Below are positions 1 through 13,700 of a stretch of DNA of 64,000 nucleotides, piece after piece. A model generated the notes under the pieces. The model made no database searches and was not told the origin of the DNA. It saw only the letters and a program-made list of their open reading frames with translations. Location of the stretch: NCBI RefSeq assembly GCF_035594765.1, contig NC_085843.1, positions 108,105,971-108,169,970 of the forward strand. Direction: 5' to 3'. The translations under genes and the position numbers were made by a program. The stretch's first letter is position 1. Every line of letters starts with the position of its first letter. This DNA comes from Anolis carolinensis. Lineage: Eukaryota.

Positions 1-764
1 AAGTGAAACTCAATGCATGCTGAGAACAGAAAGGTGCCTCCTGCTGGCCAAGACTGGCATGTTCCACATTGTCGTTCATGGGGTTCCCAGCAACAGATTG
101 GAGAAGTAATCCTGCTAAGTTTGTATTTTTCTTCTTTAAGATGTTTGTCTGCTTTACAATAAAATTGTTTACATTTCACGCCACCTATGTAAATAGTGCC
201 TTTGAAAAATAATTTTGTTAAACCCCAGAAAACTGCCTTTGTCAAAATGCAGGCAGCCATCCTTATAAGTGGATCCTATATCCATAGATCCCACCAAATA
301 TGGTTTGAAAATATATATTTTAAATGTCCAAAAAACAAACATTGATTCTGTTATTTTACATAAGGAACATAATTTTACTATGCCATTGTATATGATAGGA
401 ATTAATCACATACAAATTTTGATATCCACAGGGGTGTGGGGTGGGGGTGGTCCTGGAACCAAACTCCAGTGAAAACCAAGGGCTCACTGTACATATTTAT
501 TAACATCTCATCAATGATTTCACTACCATCCATATTTAGATTCTGTATCTTATGGATTGGAAAGCAGTACAATAGCTTGTACTGCTTTACTTACTTTTAT
601 ATACCTGTTTGACATACAAACATGTTTAATATCTCCTACATTGAACTGAACTGAACAGTACTGTCTGTCTGTGAGAGTTAATGCATGAAATCCACTGTGG
701 ATATTACTGAAGAAGTGGGAAAATACACATGTAAAAAAAATGTGGGCTCATCTGTAAGCCTTCT

Positions 765-839
765 ATTTCCTGCTTCTTGGCAGGGGGTTGGACTGGGTGG
801 CCCATGAGGTCTCTTCCAATTCTATGATTCTATGATTCT
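765..839 (+). mobile_element. CR1 extreme 3' fragment (others on minus strand at 12352-12424, 13502-13680, 61800-61828)
   Basis: GGGGGTTGGACT...TCTTCCAA..CTATGATTCTATGATT, same as end of 7433-8027. Confidence 0.8.
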
Positions 840-1829
840 TTGTCCTCATCTATACTTTTATGATTGTTAAGATGTATTAAAATGCATAACAACCCCATAA
901 TCTAATTTCATCTCAGCATTGTTGTGCAATAATGTGAATGTTGTTAAGGTAGAAGAGGTTAATGCAGAGCTAAAGTATCTGTAATGCAAATGAACATTCT
1001 GGCCAATGTAGATTAATCTGATGTTAGAAACGAAGTGAAGCAAAAATTGCTTTCAGTCATGTGTGAAAATATTCTTGCACTTATTCTCTTTGCTTCCTAA
1101 GAAAGATCTCATATTTAAGCCACTTTCAAAAACAGGCTCACTTTTCAGGAGTCTTTGAGTGTAGTGATGATGGGAGAACCCTGTGTCCACTTGAGAATCT
1201 GGACATGGTTTTTTAGGAATTGAATCTCCATGTTACCTCTAATTTGCTGGGCTTTTTGTTTTTAAAAAACTGTCTCACCTTTGAGGAGGAGGAGGAAGGA
1301 CCCTAGCCACAATGGCTCTGGCACCCCCCACCCCCATTTTGTCCTCAGCCAAATAGCTGTTTGCTATCTAGCTGAACTAAGCATCACCTCCTACTTCCAT
1401 TTTCTCCCCAATGGACCCATAGACTTAGTAAGAAAGACTCAGGCAGATATAAAGACTTCTGGGTTCCTTCATGCTTCCTCCTCACTCCACAGAAAAATTG
1501 CACTACAAAGCCGCATTGAAACAAAAAAGATATTGTTCATGCAGAGCAAATTTTTTAAAAATATTTTAAGAAAATTATTTTTTCTAAAATTTCAAAAATG
1601 GGTGTGTTTTACATCTGATGGCATCTTAGATTCAGTAAATTATAGTCTATTTGCAGTATTTTTAAAGGAGTAAATGCCCAAATGTGTTCATTTTTTTCCT
1701 GCAGCGGGACATTGAAGTGATGCATTTGCAAATTGCAAATACTAGTTCTTTGCATAAAGGGACATATTTTCATTTATGGTGAGAATGCCCCCAGTTGAAG
1801 AATTTTTGGAACAAGATATTTATAGAAAT

Positions 1830-2540
1830 CGGTAACATTATAGTATTAAACATCACGCCGGATGCTAGGTTAGCATTATTAATGGATGCCACAAAGTTGA
1901 ATTTAGAAATGGAAAAGAATTGGTGATTATTTTACTCACAGTGACGAGACTTATAATTGCACAGAAGTGGAAGATAGTAACCAATCTCACACTGGAAGCA
2001 TGGTATGGGGAAGTATGGAATGTAGCCTTAAATGATAAATTATCAATGGAAATGAGGGTGTTCAGAGGAGAAACGGATAGATCTGATTTTGATTTATACT
2101 GGTCAGTTTTTATTAAATATGTTATAGAAAGTGAAAAAGGAAAACAATGTAATAATAATTATAATTCACTATTATAATTGTATATTTATATTACATGCAA
2201 TATTACTAATAATATTGCAATATAGTTGTATAATATAATATATTGTATGTATATATACTTGTAAACCGCCCTGAGTCCCCTTCGGGGTGAGAAAGGCGGT
2301 ATATAAATGTCGCAAATAAATAAATAAATAAATAAATAAAACAATACAATCTTGTTGGTCAGGAATTTTGGATATGACATTTGTTTAATGGTTGACTTAT
2401 AAATTTTATGGTAAAGGAAATGATACTTGTTCAGGTCTTAGTGGTGGAGTTATGTGTTTGTAAAATGGTCATTGTTTTGTCTTCTGTTTCACTGTAAGTT
2501 GTAAATATATGTAAATAAAAATTAATTAAAATAATAAAAA
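1830..2540 (+). mobile_element. L1-clade LINE 3' end, interrupted at ~2149-2338 by a short L2-tailed insertion
   Basis: ILLTVTRLIIAQKWK...WYGEVWNVALNDKL resembles non-mammalian L1 ORF2 C-terminus; A-rich tail; insertion flanked by AAAACAAT duplication. Confidence 0.6.
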
Positions 2541-2936
2541 ACACCAGTTCTTTTTGTGACCACTTATCTCAACTGCTTTAGTTTAGAAATAAGACATCTT
2601 GATGCTACCACTCCTTGCTGGTCACGGAGCCCCATATGAACACCTGGCTGATGAGATGACATTTGTAATGTCAGAATGAGGCACCTCTGCAACCAGCAAG
2701 AAGGAGGGGTTAATCTTCTCCCTCCTTGCTGGTCTTGCAGACAAGTGGTCTTATGAAGCTCCATAACTGGCAAGGAGCAGTGCTGGCAACATAGACAACA
2801 GTTGATGGTCCAGCGAGCCTGATGAGGTGGTGGTCCAGTTGGACTGTCTAAATGCCAATGTAGCTGGTTGACCTGAGTGCATCTGGCAACCATTATGTTC
2901 ACTCTAGGACCAATCTGGAGCATGAATGCAACAGAA

Positions 2937-3100
2937 GGGCCACAGCCCCCGGGGGGGGGGGGAGAGAGGGGGTTCAAACCCCTCCACCCGAAATGTGTCA
3001 GGTTAAAAAAAACTTTTACTTATGCATTTTAACTGGTTAACCAATTTATGAGTAAATCAGGTTTTTTTTAACCTGACACATTTCAGGAGGGTTTTGAGCT
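2937..3100. mobile_element. palindromic MITE remnant
   Basis: GAAATGTGTCAGGTTAAAAAAAAC (2990-3013) inverted at 3061-3084. Confidence 0.55.
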
Positions 3101-4140
3101 CCAGCTTAAGTGCAGACTCCCTCTGTTACATTAGGATTGATATAATCATATGGATACTACACTCCTTGATCAATGAGGAAAGAAAGGAATCAGAGAATGG
3201 TAGCACTGGAGGTGAAGGACAGCACTGGTGGAACCAGGAGGAGGAAGACATTGAATAAACAGTGCCCCCTCCCCATAAACAACACCTTCAGTTACAATTC
3301 CAAATCCCTTCCCTCTCTCATCTCCAGTTTAATCTTGTCCAGTACTGATATTAAAACTTTGAAAATAAAGCTTATGGTTTGCTTGTTACATATCTTTATA
3401 CTGTAAATTCAGAGTATGTTGTTCATTGTTCTTGATCAATTGTGCCATTTCACAACTCAGCACCAGTGTGCGTTTCTTTCATCGAGAAAGAAATCGAGTC
3501 TCTGTCTGGACTACAGAGAGACTAAATTCAAATTTGTTCTTTACGAACTGATGCAAGTGACTTTCATTACAGCTGCTAATTACTCCCCCCTGATGCTGTC
3601 TGGATCATTTTAGGATGAGGGGTGCCTTCCTGAAATTCAGGCAGACGACTAAGCAATTTGCTCTTCCACAATCAATAAACTCACAAGAACATCAGAACAG
3701 AGTAAATAATCCATTAATCTTAATCAAACATTGCACACAGGTCTCGAGAGTGTCTCCCAGGCTCTGTGGCATTCCTTCTGGGTGGCCTTGTATATACATG
3801 AAAGCTCTTATGACTGAGGTTCATTTTTAATAGCAAGATCCAGCCTATAAAGCAAGCCAGACCAGAAAACTATCAATTTTCCTGTTTTTAGGAAACCGTG
3901 AATGAAGTAGAAAAATTTGGAATACCATTTTCCTCCTTCCCTCCAGCCCTCCTCCTTTCTCATTTTCTTACCTTCTTTCTATCCTCCAACCATCTTTCCT
4001 TTCTTCCTTCTCAGCTTGCTTCCCCCCCTTTTTTCCCATCTTCTCTGCTCCCATTTTCCCCTTTTCTTCCTTCCCTTCCTTCTTCTTATCTAGGGTTACC
4101 TGATTCTCTGGTGTTACTTTCCATTGCTGGAAGATTTGGT

Positions 4141-6973
4141 TTTTTTATTTATTTCGTGTCAAAAGCATTGCATAATAAATAAATTTAAAAGTGATGAAAT
4201 AAAGGAAATCACAAGCAGCTAAATAGTTTTAGACCAAAAGCGGGCAACAGCGACCGCATTGTCCGTAGCTTTAAACAGCTCCTCCTCTGTACATGAGGTA
4301 GGACATTGTGGGCAAGCATACATATGTGGAGTTGTTTGTTCTCCAGGTAGTGCCACCTTGCCAAGTTGTCTTTTGATCTGCCCACTCCACTTCTGAGTCT
4401 GTTCACGGTCTTCCAAGTTGCCCATTCTTGGTTTGTCCCTGGAGAAAGACCCTCATGGGGGGCCACCCAGTTAGAATTGCCTGGTTTAACTGCCCAGGGG
4501 GATACTCTTGCTATTGCTGGAGGAACATCAAGAGGAGTGGTGGTTCTCATGAAGCCCTTCCTTGATTTGAGTCTGGTGGGAGGAGGCTGATAGTCATGCA
4601 GTGGGTGGCTTTCACAATGTTCGACCTCATTTCTCTCACCATTAGCAGCAACTTCCCATTGCACGTCAGGAGGGGCAATGCCAGCTAACTTGTAAAGTTT
4701 ATCAACAGATGTAGGTTTAAGGCATCCTGTGATTGTTCTGCATGTTTCGTTCAGTGCTATGTCCACCTGCTTCGCATGGGCAGACTTGTGCCAGACAGAA
4801 CAGGCATACTCAGCAGTTGAGTAAGACAAGGACAGGGCTGATGTTTGGGTCTGCACCCTATGCACTGTCAGTAAGTTTCTGCAGGATGTTGTTGCGTGCA
4901 GCTACTTTGTGCTTGGTGTTCATGCAGTGTTTCCTATATGTTAGTGTTCAATCTAAGGTGACACCAAGGTATTTAGGATGGAAACAGTGTTCAAGCTCTT
5001 GGCCATCCCAAGTAACTTTCATTTTCCTGTTGGCTTCATGGTTACATAGGTAGAAAGCACACACTTGTGTCTTGGAAGGGTTAGGCTTCAGGTGGTTCTC
5101 TTTTAGTAGCTGGAGAGATCTTTCAAGACATTAGTGAGTTAGTTTTCAACTGTTTCAAAATCTTTTGCTTATGTTGTTAGGCCAAGGTCATCAGCATATC
5201 TAAAACTCTTTGTGAGTGGTGGTTGTGGCTGATTGTTCGTGAAGATGTTAAATAAGGTTGGTCCAAAAACACTGCCTTTGCCTCCTCCATCTACTTTTCC
5301 GGCCCTGAAACTCCACATAGAAATTGCGGTTTTCCAGGAGGGTCTGGACAATTTTTGTAAAGTCAAAGTCCCGGGTGATATGGTAGACTTTATGCAGCAT
5401 TTTTCAATGTTGCACCATATCATAGGCTGCTATAAGGTCCACAAAATCTGTTCCCGTAATGCAGCCTTTCTCATAGCCTTCCTCGATATGCTCAGTCAGA
5501 TGAAGAATTTGACCTGTACAGGTTTCCCTGTTCTGAAACCTGCTTGCTGTGCAAAAAGCTTGGGTTTGATAACAGGTCCTAATTGATTTAATAGAATCCT
5601 CTCATATACTTTATATAGATGACATAAGAGAGAGACTGGTCAGTAGCTCCTGGCATTACCGGGTTTTAAAATGCCAATGATCTTAGTTTTCCTTCATACT
5701 CTGGGAATCTGTTTGTGTACCAAGCATTGACTATAGAATTTCAAAAGCCAGTTTTCAGCTTTGGGCCCCAAGTGTTTGATTTGCTCCATCATTAAGTCAT
5801 CTAGGCCAGGTGCTTTACCAGTTTTATATCGCTTGATGGCTTCTCTGAGTTCTTTCAGGTTTAGAGGAGAAGACAACTGGTGGGTTTCAAGTTCTGGCAC
5901 CCTGTTGATTTTCAGCTTTACTCTAGTGTGGTTGGTTTTCCCATTCTGAATTAGCTGGTGAGCTATCTGGTCTGGTGTTACGTTTGCATGTCCATGGTTG
6001 ACCAGAGGGTCACTATCCAGGCATCTCAGCAATTGCCAGGTTCTTCGGCTGCTCTTGGACATATCAAGATTCTCAAGCAGCTCTATCCAGCGGTCTTTCT
6101 TAGCATTAGCTAAGACTGTAGATAATTTTTGGCCTGCTGCTATAGTCTCATCACAGTATGGATTCTCTTAAAATAGTCTGAGATATTCCTGTAGCTGATG
6201 AAGCGATTTTTCATTTAGGCCTGGTAGGTAGCTTGTGCGACAGCCTCTAGGGATTGAGAGCCTTGAGGATCTTTTCACAGCTTCTACAAACAGGTCATAA
6301 TTTTCTATAGAAGGTTCTATATCAGAAATAGCAGCTTCCAAGGTCTCTGTAAACTTTGTCCAGTTAGCTTTATTGAAATTATATCTTCTGTGGAATGGGA
6401 CACTTTTTGGTCTTACAGCTGCATATGCTACACAGCATATTGGTCTGTGTTGTGTGTTAGGTATCGGGTTTAATACTCTTTTGATGCATTGGTGGATTAT
6501 GCTTTCATTTACAAAAATCAGATCAGGGTTATAACCACGCTTCCATCGGCCGCTATTAAATGATGGTGGTAATTTAACTGTCATGAAGGAGGCACATTCA
6601 TTAGAACTGCTTCACCATTTCTATCATCTTCATCATAGCCCCAGACACAGCTATGGCTATTGAAATCTCCCACAATAAAATGGGCTTAATGATTGTGGCG
6701 ATTGGTTGGGGGCGTAAAATAGAAATCAGCCCCAAATGGTTTATAGAGTGATTATACGCTGCAACTATCAAGTTCCACAGATAAGATTTCAATGTTGTTC
6801 ACTTCTGTGAGGGAAGTTGCAGAGATTGCTACACCAGATCGTACAAAAATGGCACTACCATATTGTCTGTGAGGTCATTCCACTGCCAGTTGCATTCCAA
6901 GAATTTTTGGTCTTCTCATTGTGATGTCTCTGTGTGTTTCCTGTATACATAAGATGTCACATGAAATGTCCTC
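4141..6973 (-). mobile_element. Vingi (Ingi-related) non-LTR retrotransposon, slightly 5'-truncated, frameshifted APE+RT
   Basis: APE motifs CDILCIQETH and YNPDLIFV; RT GKAPGLDD, PTLFNIFTN, YADDL; STAEYACSVW; 3' GACACGAAATAAATAAA; TSD AGATTTGGT (4132-4140, 6974-6982). Confidence 0.82.
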
Positions 6974-7432
6974 AGATTTGGTGATCTAACACTTCTTATT
7001 TTTAAAGAAGGAATTCTAAGCACACAGCAACTGTAATGTACACCTTTTTGGAAGAAATTACAAAGATGCATTTTTAGTTGCTGCACATTACATTTGCTAG
7101 CAAATACTTTTTTGGTTTCAGAGTTTTGAAAATTAAGGTGCACATTAGATTCGATGGTGTACTAGATTTGAATAAATATGGTACTATGTCCATGGCAGGA
7201 TTTCAGCTATAAAAAACCAGATATGCAAGTTCCCTCCTAATTCCAGATGCAAAAATGGATTGAACTGTTTGCTAATTCTCATTTCCACAATTCTAGTTAA
7301 TACTTAGAGCATTTTCAGAATACACAGTTATAGCACTATGATTCTACTTTAACTGCCATGGCTACAATCCAATGGAATGACGGATTTTGTAGTGTTTGTG
7401 AAGCACTAGAGCTCTCTGGCAGAGAATTCTAA

Positions 7433-8027
7433 ATCAATAGGCGAATAGCGTCTAGATCCAGGGAAGTCACGCTCCCCCTCTATTCTGCCTTGGTCAGACC
7501 ACACCTGGAATACTGTGTCCAATTCTGGGCACCACAGTTGAAGGGAGATGTTGACAAGCTGGAAAGCGTCCAGAGGAGGGCAACTAAAATGATCAGAGGT
7601 CTGGAGAACAAGCCCTATGAGGAGAGGCTTAAAGAACTGGGCATGTTTAGCCTGCAGAAGAGAAGGCTGAGAGGAGACATGATAGCCATGTACAAATATG
7701 TGAGGGGAAGTCATAGGGAGGAGGGAGCAAGCTTGTTTTCTGCTGCCCTGCAGACTAGGACACGGAACAATGGCTTCAAACTACAGGAAAGGAGATTCCA
7801 CCAGAACATTAGGAAGAACTTCCTCACAGTGAGGGCTGTTCGGCAGTGGAACTCTCTCCCCCGGACTGTGGTGGAGGCTCCTTCTTTGGAAGCTTTTAAA
7901 CAGAGGCTGGATGGCCATCTGTCGGGGGTGCTATGAATGTGATTTCTTGCTTCTTGGCAGGGGGTTGGACTGGATGGCCCATGAGGTCTCTTCCAACTCT
8001 ACTATTCTATGATTCTATGATTCTATG
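7433..8027 (+). mobile_element. young 5'-truncated CR1 LINE inserted in a palindromic MITE (halves ~7320-7432 and ~8028-8125)
   Basis: Intact ORF2 C-terminus [15 protein letters not shown]...[10 protein letters not shown]; 3' hairpin and (ATTCTATG)n tail. Confidence 0.92.
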
Positions 8028-9502
8028 CTCCTCCCCAAATCCAAAACCCTAGGGCTCAATAGGATGGAGTCATGGAAGATAAAATGGGACCATATCACTA
8101 TAATTATATTGTGTGAAAGGACCTGAGTGGGAGCAGCCTAATTTAGGCAGCCCAAGCTATTCTGTGTACACAGGGTTTTTTTTCTGCAGCACAAGGGTGA
8201 TTCTAGGATTTAAGAGTTTGCCAGTGCCCCACTTTTGGCTTAATAGTGAGTAAACCTTTTCTGGAAGGCACCAGGTTGGAGAATACTGCACTGAGTGACG
8301 TAGATTTCAGTATGACTCATGCCTTATCATCCTTCTAATTAAATACATTATACATTGCTGCTGAGTCACCAATAAAAGTTTTCCCACAACAACTTAAAAA
8401 ACATTTTGGAGAGTCAAAACATCAAGTGCTTCTGGAATTAAATCTGGATGGGCAAGAAGTAAGGACAACAAAGTTTCAAAATCTTTCATAATACCTGGTT
8501 CTATGCCTTGCTCCAGATATCATTTCACAAAATCCTTCTGCATGTTCCCACATCCCCTATCCTGAGACACTTTCACAGAGGTGAATTATAGACTCATCAA
8601 AGATCTTCCTGTTAATTAAACCATCACCTAGATACACATACAGATGTCATGTGTAAAATGATTTCTGTGCTCCCTGTTATAAGTATTCCAGTGCTTTGAC
8701 AAGAAGACCCAAGAGTAAATAAACTATGTCTCTAAGACTGATTCACTTGTGGTTTTCAGTTGCTCATGCTTCCACCTGCCAACAGCAATTAGGAAACCAC
8801 AATGCAGTTCATAGTTGATATTTCACCAAGCATCCGGTATACATGTGGCAAAGGATAAGAGAAATCCATATTTTTCCCCTACCAGAAGCCAGAAAAATCT
8901 AATAAATCGATTGCCTGATATTAACTGAACCACAGTAGTATTGGTAACCTACAGAAACTGAATACTCAAATGCTTCTTTTCTTCCATATATATCTTATTA
9001 AACCGTCTCTTCTGCCAGAAGTCTTCTTGTGCCCTGATATTTTGCCATTATATCAGGTGTCCAATTTCTTCACATTGTCATCAGGGCCCAGAATCTACCA
9101 AAACATAAGGTAGCTAGTTCAGTATCATCATGTTGAGATTGAATTGCATCTCCTCCCTGGATGACCAGCCAAGATGGACAGGGATCAAGAAAGCAGGTTG
9201 TTTTCCTTACTTGCCCCAGCAGCTTGTCCACATCAACAGTATTCACCAATTGAAACTGATACAGTGTAATCTCACTTATAGAGTTGCTAGACGCCTTGTT
9301 GCTGGCCTCTGCTCCAATGGAACTATATAAGTCAGCTCTTATGTGAGAAATTTTATCTTCAAATTATATAAAATGATATTTCTTGTGTAACTTGTAATGA
9401 TTGTGTACTGTATCAATTCTTAAATATATGAAACTGTATCAAATATCTTATGAAGGCATCTACTTCCCCATGTGTCTCCTATTTACATAAGCTTCTGGGA
9501 AT

Positions 9503-9904
9503 GGAGATAGCTGTGGCGCAGGCTGGTTAGTAGCCAGCTGCAATAAATCACTGTTTAATTGTCAGGTGCTCACTCTGACATGGGCTGGCCTCGAACTCAT
9601 GACCTCTTGGTCATGAGTGTGAGGTCAGCCCGTGTCAGAGTGAGCACCTGACAATTAAAATAAAAAATAGCCCTGCTCGTTGTTGACCTAAGCAACCCAA
9701 AAGACAATTGCATCTCTCAAGAAGGAAAATTTAGGGACCGCTTATGCAGGGAGGCTAATTTAACTGATTTACAACACCGGATGAGGAAGTACTACATCAA
9801 AAAGTATTCATCGTCACAGTGGATGATGAAGCAGCAGCTCCTCCTATGGCCGGAATCAAGCATACCCTCACAAAGCCAGAAGCTGGGAAGTTAAATAGCC
9901 TCTG

Positions 9905-9947
<43 letters not shown>

Positions 9948-10060
9948 TGTTTGTCTAATGACATTAAACGTTTGCCATATATTTGTACATTGTGATCCAC
10001 CCTGAGTCCCCTTCAGGGTGAGAAGGGCAGAATATAAATACTTCAAATAAATAAATAAAC
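9503..10060 (+). mobile_element. tRNA-head SINE with L2-type tail (Anolis SINE2-like), containing (CTGT)n and an internal inverted duplication
   Basis: A-box-like TGGCGCAGGCTGG; tail CCCTGAGTCCCCTTC...(TAAA)n; related copy at ~57113-57535. Confidence 0.7.
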
Positions 10061-10151
10061 AATTAGGAAGATCCCCCAGTGACCTTCCAAGCTAGATAAT
10101 ATCAGTTCCTTTGTGCATGTATGTGAGACAATCCCTTTATCACCAGAGCTC

Positions 10152-10774
10152 TGTTTAGAATGCTTACTGTTTAAATGTGACTGGAGGCTTATGGTTCCCA
10201 TGGAAGAGAAGGCTAAAACAAACATGAATACATTAGCCTTCTGAAAGGGCAGCCAGGCCTCTAGTCATCCAGGATTACCACCTTTTGCTTTCCAGGTTTT
10301 ACACCTTTGTCTTCTTGGAACTGGACACTTAAATCAATCAAGGACTCGTCTTCATACCCACAACATCCTCTTCAGCTTCACGTCCTCCAACGGACTAGGC
10401 CTTTAACCCTACCAATAATCAGCTGTTCTTCCTGCCATGTGGATCCCCTCCTTCCGTTTGTGACATCAGGGAAACCGCCAGCCAATCCCTGCATCAATCC
10501 TAGACAGCTTGTTTCTCAGCCAATCAGGAGGAGGCACTGGAAGTCTGAATAGCTGTCAAACGGGTATAAAATGTCTTGTATTTTACTGTACAGATCTGCT
10601 TGTACATTCTGAACAGTAACCTGGTACTTGCATCCCTTTTGCCCAAACTGTAATAAACCTCTATAGTTTGCCTTCAACCTGAAGTGTTTTGTTCTTTGTC
10701 CTGGCTGATCTGGTTTAGTGGAAGTTCATTGGGTATGGACCTTCTTATCTGGAGTCCTAGCTGAAATCACTACA
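10152..10774 (+). mobile_element. probable solo LTR (ERV-like); boundaries uncertain
   Basis: CCAAT boxes (10412, 10491, 10520), TATAAAA 10565-10571, AATAAA 10652-10657, GT-rich tract, ends ...ACTACA; no TSD resolved. Confidence 0.5.
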
Positions 10775-13700
10775 GTCTCAGGGCTGAGACTTTCTTCTCC
10801 AGTCCTGAGAGCATATCTCATATCTCCACCCTTTTTCTAAGTTCCTTAATCTTCAAGTAGCACAGAACCATCAGGAGAGAGTGTTCAGTGTGAGGAAAAA
10901 TACTGATCTGTCACAGGAATCATTGAACTATTTTGTGATTACTGCATGTTCCCTGCTCCTCCTGCTCTCTCAAATGGTTAAAGCCAGAGTACAATTTCCA
11001 TTTGTGTTCGCAAAACAGTCATTGAAGGAGGAGAGAGATACTGAGATATTTTGAAAGCAGCAGCAAAAGAAGTATGGTAGAGGATGAATCTGGATTGTTC
11101 CTGAAAAACTGAGACCTTTGTAGGTTGAAGACCCCTGTGCTTCTCACCTGCTGCTTATTTGTCTTTCAGGATGCCTAATTCTTCCCTGTGGTTTCCCAGC
11201 TGTCCTTCCGGGGGCTGTTAGCTCACCCCTGCCCTTGGTAGCAAATTGTTATGTGCGTCATGTCATATGTGATTAAGTTTTTTCCTATGTGTTCTTGTGT
11301 GAATCATGAATCTGACTAACAAGAAGCCTTGATATTCAGATAAATAATTGAATATCACATAGATTATATAAGTTGATTTTTTTCCAAAGGGCAAAACCAT
11401 GAGCTTTAAGCAAATAAGTACCATGTTTAAAACCTGTATTTGAAAGCACTGTCTACTGCAGAACATTTTGAATAATTATCAAGATTTCTTTTTTCTTTCA
11501 AAAGTTACTGTTTCTCTGCCGAAAACATTTTACAAATAGCCACATTGCCATTCCATGAGGGTGTGTGTGTGTGTGTGTGCAAAGGCTACCCACAATAGAA
11601 AATGTGTCAATTGAATTTTCTAAATAAAATGCATTATTTCCAATAGTGCCGCAATAATCAGAGATGCATAAAAATTAAAAGGACTCAAGAGTCATTTACT
11701 TCACCTCTGTTGATGCTTGACATCACCTCGACAGGATCCCCGAGAGCTGGCTATTTAGCATCTCTTTAGCAGCTCTAACAAATGAGTTCACCACATTCCT
11801 TAAGATATTGCAATACATGTAAAGTGCATTGCAATATTAGAATGGCAGGAAATAGTCATCCAATTGTTCATTGAATACTTATGAAAGGTGGTTTGCCCAA
11901 TTCCTGGAACACAGAACAAAAGTTGCATTCCCATGGAGACAAAGTTTTAAGAATACACTTTTTTGCGGACCAGAAATATAGTGGGGCCAGGATTCACAGA
12001 GTTGAAGATTTGGATTTTTAAAATTATTTTGTCATTATTAGGGGCATTGACATTCTGTTCCTTCTCCCACAATTCTCCTTTCCCTCTTATATTTAGTTGC
12101 ATCCATATAGTACTGCTATCATATTGCAATGGCTATGGTGCAAATAAAATATATTTTGATCCTGGTCTCTACAGGGAAATGTCTTTCCCCCCCAGAAATG
12201 ATGTATTGTTATGAGATATCTCTATCATAATCTTTTGGGGGGTGGAATTACATTTTCTGATGATGATGAAAACTGCTAGAAATTGCTGTACCAACACAAG
12301 CACCTGTACTTTTGGACACCCTGTGTAGGTGTTGCCATAGAGAGGGATCTGAATCATAGAATAGTAGAGTTGGAAGAGACCCCATGGGCCATCCAGTCCA
12401 ACCCCCTGCCAAGAAGCAGGAAAATCTGGAAACAGGCTTGCCCTTCACATTTTAGTCTTACACTACTGGTTGGAACCAAACACTCTACTATCAAAGTATG
12501 ACACATATCCTTGCTTAAACAAGACTGTCTCTTGGAATAAGAGAAATCTATACATGGAGAAACTAGGAAGCAAAGATGTGAGGAAGCAAATGTTTGCACT
12601 CATTCCTTTCTGCACATATGCCTAAAATCTGTTCATCAGTTTGAAAATGTCTCCCAGTGATCTCTAAATGCTGCAGAATTTCCTCCCCTTCCCCTCCTCC
12701 ATGCTGCTCCTTTCTCATTTTTAATTTAATTTTGTTTTAGGATGCAGAGTCTGACACCCAGAAATAATAATTAGGGGATAGCCTGAGTTTAATTCCCAAA
12801 GATCAAAGCCAGAGCAAAAACATCATATTAGTTCAGGTTTCTGTCACATATTTTCCACCACTAATAAGGACAACTCAGTCTGACACATTTCTTACCCTTC
12901 CATTGATTACAAGAAAATCCGACTACACTGATGACCATCAGAGGAAAAGTTATTGACATAAATGAGCAGATTCAAATGGTTAGAAACAGTCGATATTTTG
13001 CTGACATCAAAGGAAGGTAGTACTTTGAAGAAGCATTCTGTACATATAATTGGAAAGGAGAAGGATGGACTTTGCCTATTTGCTGACCAAATGAAGTTGC
13101 TCTGCTTTTTCTTCCCTTTTAAAAATGATGATTTTTTCCTCAGCATAATGTCTTTGCCTCAGAAAAATACTTTAGTTGGCATTGTTTCTCACAGTAAGAG
13201 GAAGTCCTATTTAAGCAAGGATGGCCATATGTTGTTCTCTCTAAAGGACAGTACTCTAATTTCAAAGGTCCTTACTTCAGATCTGTCTAGTCTAAAAAGA
13301 TAAGGAATCATAGGAAGATATAGTAAGGGCCTTGAAGTAGCCTTTATCATAGCCAGTCCTTAGATCTAGACAGCAGACTGGTCAGACAGACAGATGAAAA
13401 TTTTAAGAAGCAGCTGGATGAAGATCAAGCTTTTATGAAGCAGAATTCTGGAAGTGTGAAAGTATCAGCATGCTGAAGATTGGGGAACATTATTGGTGAT
13501 TAATCATAGAATCATAGAGTTGGAAGAGACCTCATGGGCCATCCAGTCCAACCCCCTGCCAAGAAGCAGGAAAATCACATTCAAAGCACTGAACAGATGG
13601 CCATCCAGCCTCTGCTTAAAGGCCTCTAAAGAAGGAGCCTCCATCACACTCTGCGGCAGAGAGTTCCACTGCTGGACAGGTGTTGGATATCAACTAGAGC

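Noticed and set aside
3928-4090. Pyrimidine-rich tract with a 94-aa ORF
   Set aside because: Low-complexity CT sequence with no coding signal.
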